DNA of 54,793 bases, from assembly GCA_963980215.1 (NCBI GenBank), contig CAXBYZ010000004.1:1-54793 (forward strand). The letters are read 5' to 3'. Made by a program: the position numbers and the translations under genes. The notes beneath the pieces are model-generated. The model ran no database searches. It was not told the origin of the DNA and saw only the letters and a program-made list of their open reading frames with translations. Position 1 is the stretch's first letter. Each line of letters opens with the position of its first letter. Source of the DNA: an uncultured bacterium. Lineage in GTDB: Bacteria > Patescibacteriota > Microgenomatia > UBA1400 > CG1-02-47-37. Of the stretch, positions 21,345-29,739 are shown piece after piece.

Positions 21345-21391
21345 ATTTAGAATATGGTACATATTATGTACTAAATCCTAAATATTGTCAA
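21345..21391 (-). promoter_or_regulatory. abiE promoter with overlapping short palindromes
   Basis: TTGACA-17nt-CATAAT on the minus strand; AATATG-gta-CATATT and GTACAT-att-ATGTAC. Confidence 0.55.
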
Positions 21392-22547
21392 GGGGTGGTT
21401 TTGAGGAGTTTTTTAACAAATACAGGGTGATAGCAAAGAGAGATAAGCCAAAGTAGGTAGCGAAAAGCCGGGCTGAAAATTGATCAATAAATTTGCCGAT
21501 AAAAATAGCGGTTAAAGCAAAAGGAATGATGGTAAGTAGATTAAAGGTGGATAGAGTGGTGGCACGATATTTTGACTTGGTGCTTTGATTGACAATATCT
21601 GAGGTAATATTTTTGTTGATGTGATGAATGGCGGCGGTGCCAAATAAAGCTAGACCTCCAAGATATTTTGAGAGAAAAATTAAGATGGACATGAGAGAAG
21701 CATAAGCAAGATTGAGAAGATAAAAGGCTTTGATGGCGGTAAAGCGTTTTTTAATTTTGGGAGCCAGTTGAACTGCACTGGCTGAAATAATAAAGAGTAG
21801 GCTGTAGAAGAAACCCAACTCTTTTGGTTGATAGCCAAAATCAATAATTAAAGAATCTCCTAAAAATTCGTAAGGAATAACTAATATAGAAGTGATGATT
21901 AATAAGCTAATAATTCGTTTTTTAAAGGTTTGGCTGAAAAGTTGACGAAAGCCTTGCTTGGTTTGATTAATGTAGGTGGTAAAGCTAAATTTTTGGGTGT
22001 CGATATTTGGCTCGGTAATAAATAAAGTGCCTATAAGTCCTAAAAAAAAGAAAGCTCCGGTAACAATAAATGGCAAGCCGGGACGAAGAGTATATAGAAA
22101 ACCGCCAATGATGCTGCAGATAGCCCAAGCGACTAAACTGATTGTTTGGATGTTGGCTAGAATTTTTTCATATTTTTTTTCTTTATGATCTTGTTTTAAA
22201 GAATCATAAACTAAAGCCTCGTAAGAACCGGAAAAAAGAGCAGAACCCAAAGTCATAATAACAACGCTAATAATTAGGTAAGAGTAATTTAAGGCTATAC
22301 CCATGATTGTTTGGCCAATGGCTTGGAGAAGAAAAGCAAAGGTGAGGGTGTATTTTTTACCAAAAATATCGGCGATGGCTCCAGTGGGAATTTCACTAAT
22401 AATGGAAATTATAATCCAAGTGGTTTCGATCAAGCCAATACCTTGGTAGTCGGTAAATTTTAAGTAGTATAAAAGCCAAATTCCTAGCCAAAATAAAGAG
22501 TTCCAGCAAAAGGTAAGATAGTAAGCAAGTTTAATGTTTCTTTTCAT
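21378..22547 (-). CDS. MFS transporter
   Basis: About 12 TM helices, 'EIPTGAIADIFGKK', 'YRATTLS'. Confidence 0.88.
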   Translation of the reverse strand: MKRNIKLAYYLTFCWNSLFWLGIWLLYYLKFTDYQGIGLIETTWIIISIISEIPTGAIADIFGKKYTLTFAFLLQAIGQTIMGIALNYSYLIISVVIMTLGSALFSGSYEALVYDSLKQDHKEKKYEKILANIQTISLVAWAICSIIGGFLYTLRPGLPFIVTGAFFFLGLIGTLFITEPNIDTQKFSFTTYINQTKQGFRQLFSQTFKKRIISLLIITSILVIPYEFLGDSLIIDFGYQPKELGFFYSLLFIISASAVQLAPKIKKRFTAIKAFYLLNLAYASLMSILIFLSKYLGGLALFGTAAIHHINKNITSDIVNQSTKSKYRATTLSTFNLLTIIPFALTAIFIGKFIDQFSARLFATYFGLSLFAITLYLLKNSSKPPLDNI

Positions 22548-22561
22548 AAAATGATTTTATC

Positions 22562-22584
22562 ATTTAAGGTTCGGAACCTTAAAT
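22562..22584. repeat. family-I extended singlet overlapping the stop codon of ORF 22579-24222
   Basis: ATTTAAGGTTC-G-GAACCTTAAAT, identical to 23034-23056. Confidence 0.9.
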
Positions 22585-24222
22585 AATTTTGTCATTTCTA
22601 ATAAACTTTTGTAGTTCTTTTTCTGAGTAGTGGCGGACTTTATATTTGAGGATTTTAGTGGTGGAGAGCTTGGGGTTGTGGGGGTGGACGACTATAACGG
22701 AGCCGCCAATTTGCTTCATGAGCTTTCGTTTAGCGGGAAGGTTTGGGGTGTGGGCGGAGACGGCAAGAATGTCAGGTCTAATTTTTTTTAGTAATTTTAG
22801 GTGATCAGTTGGGTTATCAAATTTTTCTGGGAGAGAGAAAATTTGATCGGCAATCCCCCACTTTTTTAGGTTTTTAATTCTGGTGTTTATGGGGTTAATG
22901 GGGCGGTTTTTGCCTTTGAGTTTTTTGACCCGGACGTCTGTTTCGAGGCCGACTAAAAGGATGTTTGGTGATACACCTCCGAGGTGCACCGCAGGTGCAA
23001 CCTCACCTCGGAGGTGGTGAGATTGGGGTGAAAATTTAAGGTTCGGAACCTTAAATTTTTTGGCGGCTTTGAGAAATTTTTTGTGTTCCTCATGAAGAAC
23101 GTCGAAGCAGCCGGTGATGAGGATTTTGGTAGACATTGAAGGTTCCGAACTAGCCTCGACATTCGTCGAGGTCGTCCCGATTAAATCGGAACTGGAAGTT
23201 CGGAACCCTACACCTTTAAGGACTGTCCTTAGCTTGGCTTTGTATTCCTTTATAACTATTTTGCCGGTGGGACGAGGGTGAAAAAAGGCAGAGTGAAGGG
23301 TGACTTTTTCGTTGGTGATTTTTTTCTTCATGTAAGCATATTGAAGCTTGAAGGCGAGGAGGTTGAGATAGTTCAATACAGAAGGTTCGGAACTAGCTCC
23401 GGTGTTCACCGGAGTTGCAAGATTACTTGCTGAAGTTCCGAACCAACGAGGCTTGGTGGTTTTATCTTCTGTTAAGAACTGTTCTTGTAGGGCGTTTTTG
23501 GGTAGTGCATTGGGTAAGAATTTTTTGACCCAAGAGTTTGTAGAGATAAATTTTTCGTAAGTTTGGTCTTTATTGTAAAGGGGTTTGATTTGGCAAACTT
23601 CGTGAGCAGTGTAGAGATTGCGGCGAGATTTAGGTATAGAAATGGATGATTCTTCTAAGAAAAGGTTGAGGCAGATGGCATTCTCGGGTCCGAGTACGGA
23701 CTCGAGTCCTTTAAGGTCCGGCCTTAAAGGAGTACCTTCAAGAACGGACCTTTTTTGAGGACGACGACGGAGGTGAAAGATTTCTAGGAGAGGAATAACC
23801 AACAAGCGAGTCAACCAAAGACGGTTGGTGGTGGTGACAATCATAAGATCGATGTCGTCGTTTTTGTCTGAGTTGTTCATGGCTAAGGCTCCGGTGACGG
23901 CAATTAATTTAACTGAAGGGATAGCACTTAAAATTTTAGATATTTTTTTAGCTTTAGTTAACTTTAATTGACTAAAGTGATGGCGAGATTTGCGGATCTT
24001 GGCAAGATGGGAGCGGTTTGGGAGGTGGTAATAATTGGAGGTTTTCCCAATCAAAGGTTCCGAACTGCCTTTCGCTTTGCTGCAGGTTGCTGAAAGTTCG
24101 GAACCAACGAGTCCTGAAAGAACGGACCTTTTATCTGAAATTAGCCATTTAATTATCTCTTTCTTGGTTAGAGGATAGTCGAAAATATCGGCATAAGCGA
24201 GAGTTTTTAAGATGGCTTCCAT
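22579..24222 (-). CDS. fusion of a Pol-beta-like nucleotidyltransferase domain and a cytidylyltransferase-like domain, with many palindromic insertions
   Basis: N-part 'AVTGALA...DDIDL'; C-part 'ITGCFDVLHEEH...LVGLETD..VKKLKG.NRP'. Confidence 0.72.
   Translation of the reverse strand: MEAILKTLAYADIFDYPLTKKEIIKWLISDKRSVLSGLVGSELSATCSKAKGSSEPLIGKTSNYYHLPNRSHLAKIRKSRHHFSQLKLTKAKKISKILSAIPSVKLIAVTGALAMNNSDKNDDIDLMIVTTTNRLWLTRLLVIPLLEIFHLRRRPQKRSVLEGTPLRPDLKGLESVLGPENAICLNLFLEESSISIPKSRRNLYTAHEVCQIKPLYNKDQTYEKFISTNSWVKKFLPNALPKNALQEQFLTEDKTTKPRWFGTSASNLATPVNTGASSEPSVLNYLNLLAFKLQYAYMKKKITNEKVTLHSAFFHPRPTGKIVIKEYKAKLRTVLKGVGFRTSSSDLIGTTSTNVEASSEPSMSTKILITGCFDVLHEEHKKFLKAAKKFKVPNLKFSPQSHHLRGEVAPAVHLGGVSPNILLVGLETDVRVKKLKGKNRPINPINTRIKNLKKWGIADQIFSLPEKFDNPTDHLKLLKKIRPDILAVSAHTPNLPAKRKLMKQIGGSVIVVHPHNPKLSTTKILKYKVRHYSEKELQKFIRNDKII
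22974..23016 (+). repeat. family-III doublet (CACCT-CCG-AGGTG ... CACCT-CGG-AGGTG)
   Basis: Same architecture as family I with a different stem; inner hairpin GCACC-gca-GGTGC; encodes HLRGEVAPAVHLGG. Confidence 0.85.
23031..23059. repeat. family-I extended singlet, intragenic
   Basis: AAAATTTAAGGTTC-G-GAACCTTAAATTTT (14-bp perfect arms); encodes KFKVPNLKF. Confidence 0.92.
23139..23207 (+). repeat. family-I doublet with two inner hairpins at the domain junction
   Basis: AAGGTTCCGAAC-ta-GCCTCGAC.attc.GTCGAGGT-cgtc-CCGATT.a.AATCGG-aactgga-AGTTCGGAACC. Confidence 0.92.
23217..23231. repeat. family-IV triloop hairpin (TAAGGA-CTG-TCCTTA); a variant AAGAA-CTG-TTCTT lies at 23474-23486
   Basis: Perfect stems with a CTG loop, each next to a family-I doublet. 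Confidence 0.55.
23382..23444 (+). repeat. family-I doublet with two inner hairpins (loop order swapped)
   Basis: AAGGTTCGGAAC-ta-GCTCCGGTG.tt.CACCGGAGT-t-GCAAG.atta.CTTGC-tga-AGTTCCGAACC. Confidence 0.92.
23684..23752 (+). repeat. family-II composite element (69 bp)
   Basis: TCGGGTCCG-agta-CGGACTCGA hairpin plus the 40-mer AAGGTCCGGCCTTAAAGGAGTACCTTCAAGAACGGACCTT (23713-23752). Confidence 0.93.
24054..24130 (+). repeat. family-I subtype A doublet (24054-24105) plus an internally deleted family-II remnant (24108-24130)
   Basis: AAGGTTCCGAAC-tgcctttcgctttgctgcaggttgctgaa-AGTTCGGAACC, then CGAGTCCT-ga-AAGAACGGACCTT. Confidence 0.9.
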
Positions 24223-24223
24223 T

Positions 24224-25732
24224 TTATTTAGCTAAGCCGTATTGGGACAGAACCTGGGTAACACCTTGAGATAAATTTTGAAGAGTGGTTTTTTCTTGAT
24301 CATCTTTTAAGTATGAGTTAATGGCGTCTTCGTAGTACTTGATTAATTTATCGTTAAGACCATTGTCGAAAGTTTTTGAAGCTAGGGGCCACGATTGAGA
24401 TGAAATCGCCTGAGACAAGACAGCTCCTAGGTAGGGATCTGATTGCAAGCTTGAGGCCATATCTTGGCGGCTGTAGGGCTCACCAAACAAACGAATTTGA
24501 GAGGCAATTGAGTACATTTTGGTTAAAACTTCTTTAGTGCTTAGGTATTTTAAGAATTCCCAAGCTTCTTTTGATTGAGTAGAGTTTTTGGAAACACCTT
24601 CGATCCAGTAGGTAGCCCAAGCTACATTAGTGCCTGGTAACTGAGGAACTGGATACATCTTAAAGTTTAGTTGAGGATTGATGGTTTTTATCTCCAAAGC
24701 TCTCCAAGATGGAGCGATAAACATGGCAACTTTGCTGGTGGCAAAGGCATAAGTGGAAGCCGGTAAAGCCGTGTCCCAGCTTTTGTCTTGGGTGGCAAAT
24801 AGGGTGTAGAACTTCATGGCAGAGACAACTTCTTCTGAGTCTGGTTGAGCTGGGTCTCCTCCATTCTGGAGGATCATTAAGCCTAAAATGTCTGAGAAGT
24901 TATCTACATTACCTGTAGTCCCTAAAGCTACTCCCCCTCGAGTTAGTTTTTTGCCAGTTTGATCAAATTGACGTAGCTTGAAAGCGGTTTGGCGAAGGTT
25001 GTTCCAAGTAGTAGGCACTTTTAGATCTGGTGAGGTGGCCAAGATATCTTCGTTGACGTATAGAGAGAGGGCATCAAATTCTAGGGGGATGCCGTAGTAA
25101 CGACCGGCAGAGAAAACATCTTTTTTGACTACTGGGTAGAAAGTGGCGTCAAATTCGTTGCCTGAGTAGATGGCTTCAGGCATGGGTGAGAGGTCTGCTT
25201 TGAGCATTGGAAGCCAAGTGTTGTGGTATCTAAAAATGTCTGGGCCGTCACCTTTGGCTAGAGCAGATTGAAGACGCTCACGATAGTCTTTATGAGATTG
25301 CCTGACGTACTGGATATTGACGTTTGGATGGGCAGCTTGATAGTCGCTAATTATTTGGGAGATAGAAGATTCGGGTTCCCAAAGACCCCAGTACTTTAGA
25401 GAGATAATTTCTGGTTCTTTGTTTTTTGAAAATTGAGGAATAATAACCTTGAAGACTAATAGGGCGGCGAAAATGACAATACCCAGACCAATAAGGAGGG
25501 GTAAAAATCTTTTGAAGATTGGATCAATAACTTGAGCTGGCTCACCTGGCTCTGGAAAAGATGGTGGGGTCTCTTCTGGTGGTGGAACAGAATCTTCTTC
25601 TGTTGGAGTGTCTGGAAGAGGTGGAGAAACAGGAAATGGTGGAGATGCTGACTCTGCAGAATCATTAACTGGAGGAGTTGGAGGGGGTGTTGAAGTTTCT
25701 GCAGATGGTAGGACAGTATTTGAATCATTCAT
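24224..25732 (-). CDS. extracellular solute-binding protein (sugar ABC type) with Pro-rich cytoplasmic N-terminus and TM anchor
   Basis: 'LKYWGLWE', 'GDGPDIF', 'YYGIPL', 'AWEFLKYL'. Confidence 0.85.
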   Translation of the reverse strand: MNDSNTVLPSAETSTPPPTPPVNDSAESASPPFPVSPPLPDTPTEEDSVPPPEETPPSFPEPGEPAQVIDPIFKRFLPLLIGLGIVIFAALLVFKVIIPQFSKNKEPEIISLKYWGLWEPESSISQIISDYQAAHPNVNIQYVRQSHKDYRERLQSALAKGDGPDIFRYHNTWLPMLKADLSPMPEAIYSGNEFDATFYPVVKKDVFSAGRYYGIPLEFDALSLYVNEDILATSPDLKVPTTWNNLRQTAFKLRQFDQTGKKLTRGGVALGTTGNVDNFSDILGLMILQNGGDPAQPDSEEVVSAMKFYTLFATQDKSWDTALPASTYAFATSKVAMFIAPSWRALEIKTINPQLNFKMYPVPQLPGTNVAWATYWIEGVSKNSTQSKEAWEFLKYLSTKEVLTKMYSIASQIRLFGEPYSRQDMASSLQSDPYLGAVLSQAISSQSWPLASKTFDNGLNDKLIKYYEDAINSYLKDDQEKTTLQNLSQGVTQVLSQYGLAK

Positions 25733-25763
25733 ATGTGTGTTATTATCTTAACAAAGACCTCTT

Positions 25764-27503
25764 ATGATAAGCAACATATATAAAAAAACAGTAGTAATAT
25801 TATTGGGGATTTTAGCTGGAATTACAGGGATTATGTTGTTGTATGGAGTTTCTTATTCCCAAAAGATATATCCCTTTTTATATGTTGGAAAAACTAATGT
25901 ATCTAACTTGAGTATTGATGAGGCGGAAAAAATATTGAGAGAGAAAATTCCCGAAGGGTTACAAGTGCTTGATGTTTGGTTTGGAAATCAGAGCTTTGCG
26001 GTGGAAGCGAGTGAGCTGGAGTATGATCCAAAATTGACGGCGGATAAAGCTTATTTGGTGGGGAGAGAAGGAAAGTTTCTTGATAATTTTAAAACTAAGT
26101 GGAGCTTGTGGTTTAGCAAAAAATCTTTAAGTTTTGAGTATAAGCTTAATAGTGAGGTGTTGGAGGAGCAGGTTGATTTATTGATATCTCAAGTGTCGGC
26201 GCCACCGATTTACTACTCTCTTTCTCAAACTCCGGAGGGTCAGATAGTGGTTGTGCCTGGGAAGAGTGGAAGAGTGGTTAATAAGAATAAGCTGATGAAA
26301 GATATTGATAAAGGACTTAGTAACTTGGATTTTTCTAAAATAGTAGTTGAGGCGAGTTTGATAGAAGTTGTTGTGAGTCAAGAAGAGTTGGAAAAAGCAC
26401 AAAGGAGAGGAGAGTTATTGAAAGAGAGAGTTTTGAGTTTGAAGTATGGAGATGGTGAGAAAAAAATTGAAGGTCAGGGCTTGATTGATTTGATTGATTT
26501 TAAGGGTGGTTTTGATGAAGAAAAAGTTAAAAAATTGATGGGATTGGTGAGTGAGGAAGTAAACCGAGAGCCTCAAAATGCTGTTTTTAGATTTGAAGGT
26601 GGAAGAGTGGTTGAGTTTAAGCCGGCTATAGATGGTCTTTTGGTGAATGAAGAAATTTCTATTATTAAGGTGGTTGATGGTCTTTCCAGGCTAGAAACTC
26701 TTAACTGTAAAGAAGTTTGCGAAACAATTATTGTTAACCTAGAAGTAGAGAAGTCTGCTCCAGAAGTTAGAATTAGTGAAGTTAATAATTTAGGAATTGT
26801 TGAGTTAATTGGAAAGGGTGAGTCAACCTTTCATGGATCGATACCCTCTAGAGAACATAATGTGGCTCTAACTGCTTATAAGTTAGATGGGGTATTAATT
26901 AAACCAGGAGAAGTGTTTTCGTTTAATGGAAGTGTGGGTGATATTTCGGCAGCAACTGGATACCAAAGTGCTTACATAATTAAAGATGGAAGAACTGTTT
27001 TGGGTGATGGAGGTGGAGTTTGCCAAGATTCGACAACAATGTTTAGAGCAGCACTTGATGCTGGATTGCCAATTATTGAAAGACACCCTCATGCATATAG
27101 GGTGAGTTATTATGAGCAAGGGTCGCCGGTGGGGATTGATGCTACGATTTACTCTCCTTCTACTGATTTCAAGTTTTTGAATGATACGCCGGCACATATA
27201 TTAATTCAGACAAATGTGAATACTGTGAGCAATTATTTAAAAATTGAAATTTATGGAACAAGCGATGGGAGAGTAGCAACAATTAGCAATACTAGATTGT
27301 GGGACCAGTCTCCCCCGCCAGATCCCAAGTACGAAGATACCCCGTCACTGGCTACTGGAGTAGTAAAACAGGTAGACTGGGCAGCTTGGGGAGGAAAAGC
27401 GGCTTTTGATTGGAGGGTGGTTAGAGGAGGTGAAGTTCTACAAGAAAAAACTTTTTACTCAAGCTATAGACCTTGGCAAGCAGTGTACTTAAGAGGAATA
27501 TGA
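25764..27503 (+). CDS. VanW family protein with peptidoglycan-binding domains
   Basis: 'GEVFSFN', 'GGGVCQDSTT', 'ERHPHAY', 'DATIY'. Confidence 0.9.
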   Translation: MISNIYKKTVVILLGILAGITGIMLLYGVSYSQKIYPFLYVGKTNVSNLSIDEAEKILREKIPEGLQVLDVWFGNQSFAVEASELEYDPKLTADKAYLVGREGKFLDNFKTKWSLWFSKKSLSFEYKLNSEVLEEQVDLLISQVSAPPIYYSLSQTPEGQIVVVPGKSGRVVNKNKLMKDIDKGLSNLDFSKIVVEASLIEVVVSQEELEKAQRRGELLKERVLSLKYGDGEKKIEGQGLIDLIDFKGGFDEEKVKKLMGLVSEEVNREPQNAVFRFEGGRVVEFKPAIDGLLVNEEISIIKVVDGLSRLETLNCKEVCETIIVNLEVEKSAPEVRISEVNNLGIVELIGKGESTFHGSIPSREHNVALTAYKLDGVLIKPGEVFSFNGSVGDISAATGYQSAYIIKDGRTVLGDGGGVCQDSTTMFRAALDAGLPIIERHPHAYRVSYYEQGSPVGIDATIYSPSTDFKFLNDTPAHILIQTNVNTVSNYLKIEIYGTSDGRVATISNTRLWDQSPPPDPKYEDTPSLATGVVKQVDWAAWGGKAAFDWRVVRGGEVLQEKTFYSSYRPWQAVYLRGI

Positions 27504-29029
27504 AAATGTTGCGCCCTCAAAGGTCCGGCCTTAAAGGAGTACCTTCAAGAACGGACCTTACTATGATAATAGTATTGGGTTTGTTAGGGTTACTATTAGT
27601 TCAGTGGTTGACTCCCAATATTTGGGGGGCAGATGGGTATTACCATATTCAACTGGCGGAGATGTTTAAGAATAGTGGTTTTTTGAAAACTTTGCCTCAA
27701 GCTAGATTTTCTCATTTTGTTGATAGATTTTCTAATAAAGATTGGCTCTATCACCTAGTGCTAGTACCCTTTACTGGTTTTAATAACCTTTTTGTGGGAG
27801 CAAAGTGGGCAGCTTTTGTGTTTGGAGGAATTTTATATAGTAGTTTGTTGATGGTTGCTAGTTACTATGTTTCTAGTGTTGGTTTGATAATTGTAGGGGT
27901 GTCCCCTTTTCTATCTAGTCATTTTATTCAGACTTTGTCTCGACCCAGACCGATGGTGCTGGGAATTACTCTTGGTCTATGGGTGGTTCACTTTTTGATT
28001 CAGAAAAAAAACAAGCAAGTTTTTTGGGGGTCTTTGGTTTACTCGATGATGCATATTACTGCGCCTTTGGTGATTGGATATGGAGTGGTGGTGAGTTTCT
28101 GGAGATGGTTGTTTAAAGAAAATTCCAGGTACGGAACCTGGAATTTAGTGGGGATGGCTGTTTTGGGAGTTTTGGGCGGGTTTATTCTACATCCTAATTT
28201 TCCTAATAACTGGTTTTATTTTTACTTAAACGGAATCTTGGTGCCGTTTTTCGCAGCCCGCTGGGGGGTTTTGGAGTTGGGGGCAGAGTTTTTTCCGATG
28301 ACCACCTTGGATTATTTTAAAAATTATCCCTTAATAGTTTTGGGATTGTTGTTTATGGTAGTAGTGGTTTTGGTGGAGAGACCAAAAGTAAAGAGTGAGA
28401 CTCAGGTAATGTTTTTGTTGACAAGTGTGTTTGTGGTGATGGGGATGATGAGTCAGAGATATATTGCTCATGGCTATCCTTTTATGGTTTTGAGTTTAGC
28501 TATGTTTGTTAGTGATTGGCACAGAGATAAGGAGTTTAAGAAATTTTTGAAGAAGATTGAGGGGGCAGTTAACTTAATTATGGTAAGTGGACTAATTATA
28601 GTGATATTGCTGATATTTAGTGGTTTTAAGAGAATGGTGGCAACGGCTAAGGGAACCAGCGTGATGAATGGCCACTACGAAGAGATGGGTGGGTGGCTAA
28701 AGGATAATGTGCCTGAAGGTGAGTTAATCTTTCATTCTAACTGGTCTGACTCCCAGTACTTTATTGGAGTTAATCCCAAAAATGATTATTTTGTAACTAT
28801 GGATCCTGTTTATATGTGGCATAAAAATCAAGAGGTGTATAAACTTTACCGAGCGGTGGCGTTTGGGCAAATCGAGGATCCTTATAAAGTTTTGAAAGAA
28901 GGGTTTAAAGTAAATTATGGTTATGTGGGGAAGAATTATTTTTCCGCTTTGGTTGATCAAATTAACAATGATGAGCGGTTTGAGGTGGTTAAAGAAGACC
29001 AATTTGGATTAATTTTTAAGTTAAAGTAA
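27500..29029 (+). CDS. GT-C-like polytopic membrane protein
   Basis: 'GADGYYHIQLA', 'WLYHLVL', many TM helices; start is ATG 27500 or 27563. Confidence 0.65.
   Translation: MKMLRPQRSGLKGVPSRTDLTMIIVLGLLGLLLVQWLTPNIWGADGYYHIQLAEMFKNSGFLKTLPQARFSHFVDRFSNKDWLYHLVLVPFTGFNNLFVGAKWAAFVFGGILYSSLLMVASYYVSSVGLIIVGVSPFLSSHFIQTLSRPRPMVLGITLGLWVVHFLIQKKNKQVFWGSLVYSMMHITAPLVIGYGVVVSFWRWLFKENSRYGTWNLVGMAVLGVLGGFILHPNFPNNWFYFYLNGILVPFFAARWGVLELGAEFFPMTTLDYFKNYPLIVLGLLFMVVVVLVERPKVKSETQVMFLLTSVFVVMGMMSQRYIAHGYPFMVLSLAMFVSDWHRDKEFKKFLKKIEGAVNLIMVSGLIIVILLIFSGFKRMVATAKGTSVMNGHYEEMGGWLKDNVPEGELIFHSNWSDSQYFIGVNPKNDYFVTMDPVYMWHKNQEVYKLYRAVAFGQIEDPYKVLKEGFKVNYGYVGKNYFSALVDQINNDERFEVVKEDQFGLIFKLK
27520..27559 (+). 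repeat. family-II 40-mer
   Basis: Identical to 23713-23752; reads RSGLKGVPSRTDL in the host frame. Confidence 0.95.
28120..28146. repeat. degenerate family-I extended singlet, intragenic
   Basis: AAATTCCAGGT-acgga-ACCTGGAATTT (core one mismatch from GGTTCGGAACC). Confidence 0.75.
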
Positions 29030-29046
29030 AATATAAATATCGTATA

Positions 29047-29085
29047 TTGACATATATACATAAGTATGTTAGTATGTATATATGT
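29047..29085 (+). promoter_or_regulatory. vapBC promoter/operator
   Basis: TTGACA at 29047; perfect 13-bp inverted repeat ACATATATACATA (29050-29062) / TATGTATATATGT (29073-29085) covering the ATG. Confidence 0.78.
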
Positions 29086-29330
29086 TAACTAGAACCACTG
29101 TGACTTTGCCAGATTATTTAATTGAAGAGGCTAAATACTATGCCGTTTCTCATAAGACTAATTTGAGTCAATTAGTAAGAGAATCTTTAGCAGATAGAAT
29201 ACAGCTAAATTCTTCTTCTAGTCGAAATTCCATATTAAAATTAGCCGGATCACTTAATCTTGGTGGCAAACAACCCCCAAGCCGAAGTGAGCTGTATGAG
29301 AAACATCTTAAGCAAAAGCTTGGCCTTTGA
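29082..29330 (+). CDS. ribbon-helix-helix antitoxin (VapB-like)
   Basis: 'RTTVTLPDYLIEEAK...NLSQLVRESL'. Confidence 0.8.
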   Translation: MLTRTTVTLPDYLIEEAKYYAVSHKTNLSQLVRESLADRIQLNSSSSRNSILKLAGSLNLGGKQPPSRSELYEKHLKQKLGL

Positions 29331-29733
29331 TACAAATATATTAGTTTACTTGTTGGATAAAAAATCTGTTTTTCATGAAGAAACAGTAAATGCAGTTTTA
29401 AAAATTGAGTTAGATAAATTTAAACTAGTGATAGCTCAACAAAGTATTGTGGAGTTGGTTTCTGTGTTGACTGGTCATTATGATTTATCGTTGAAGGAAG
29501 CTTCAAATAAGGTAAGTCAAATTATTGATTCTAAAATTTCAATTGTTTCTCCTTTGCCTCAAACGACAAAAACATATCTTGAGTTGTGTAGAATAAATAA
29601 AAAATCAAAAAATCATTTTGATTTATTTCTGGCAGCTACTTTAATAGATAATAAAATTAATCAAATAATGACTAATGATAAATTTGGATTTAAGAATATT
29701 GAACAACTTAAAGTAATATTAATAAAAAAATAA
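29296..29733 (+). CDS. PIN-domain toxin (VapC-like)
   Basis: 'FDTNILVY', 'VEL', 'FDLFLAAT', 'TND'; likely ATG at 29296. Confidence 0.85.
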   Translation: MRNILSKSLAFDTNILVYLLDKKSVFHEETVNAVLKIELDKFKLVIAQQSIVELVSVLTGHYDLSLKEASNKVSQIIDSKISIVSPLPQTTKTYLELCRINKKSKNHFDLFLAATLIDNKINQIMTNDKFGFKNIEQLKVILIKK

Positions 29734-29739
29734 AAAAAT

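Noticed and set aside
23139-23444. tRNA or tRNA-fragment reading of the branched doublets (GGTTCG resembles a T-arm)
   Set aside because: No acceptor stem, D-loop or 7-nt anticodon loop; only two inner stems with 1-4 nt loops.
25500-25732. Pro-rich and other low-complexity stretches (also about 11080-11160 and the rplY tail)
   Set aside because: Ordinary protein-level linkers without nucleotide palindromes.
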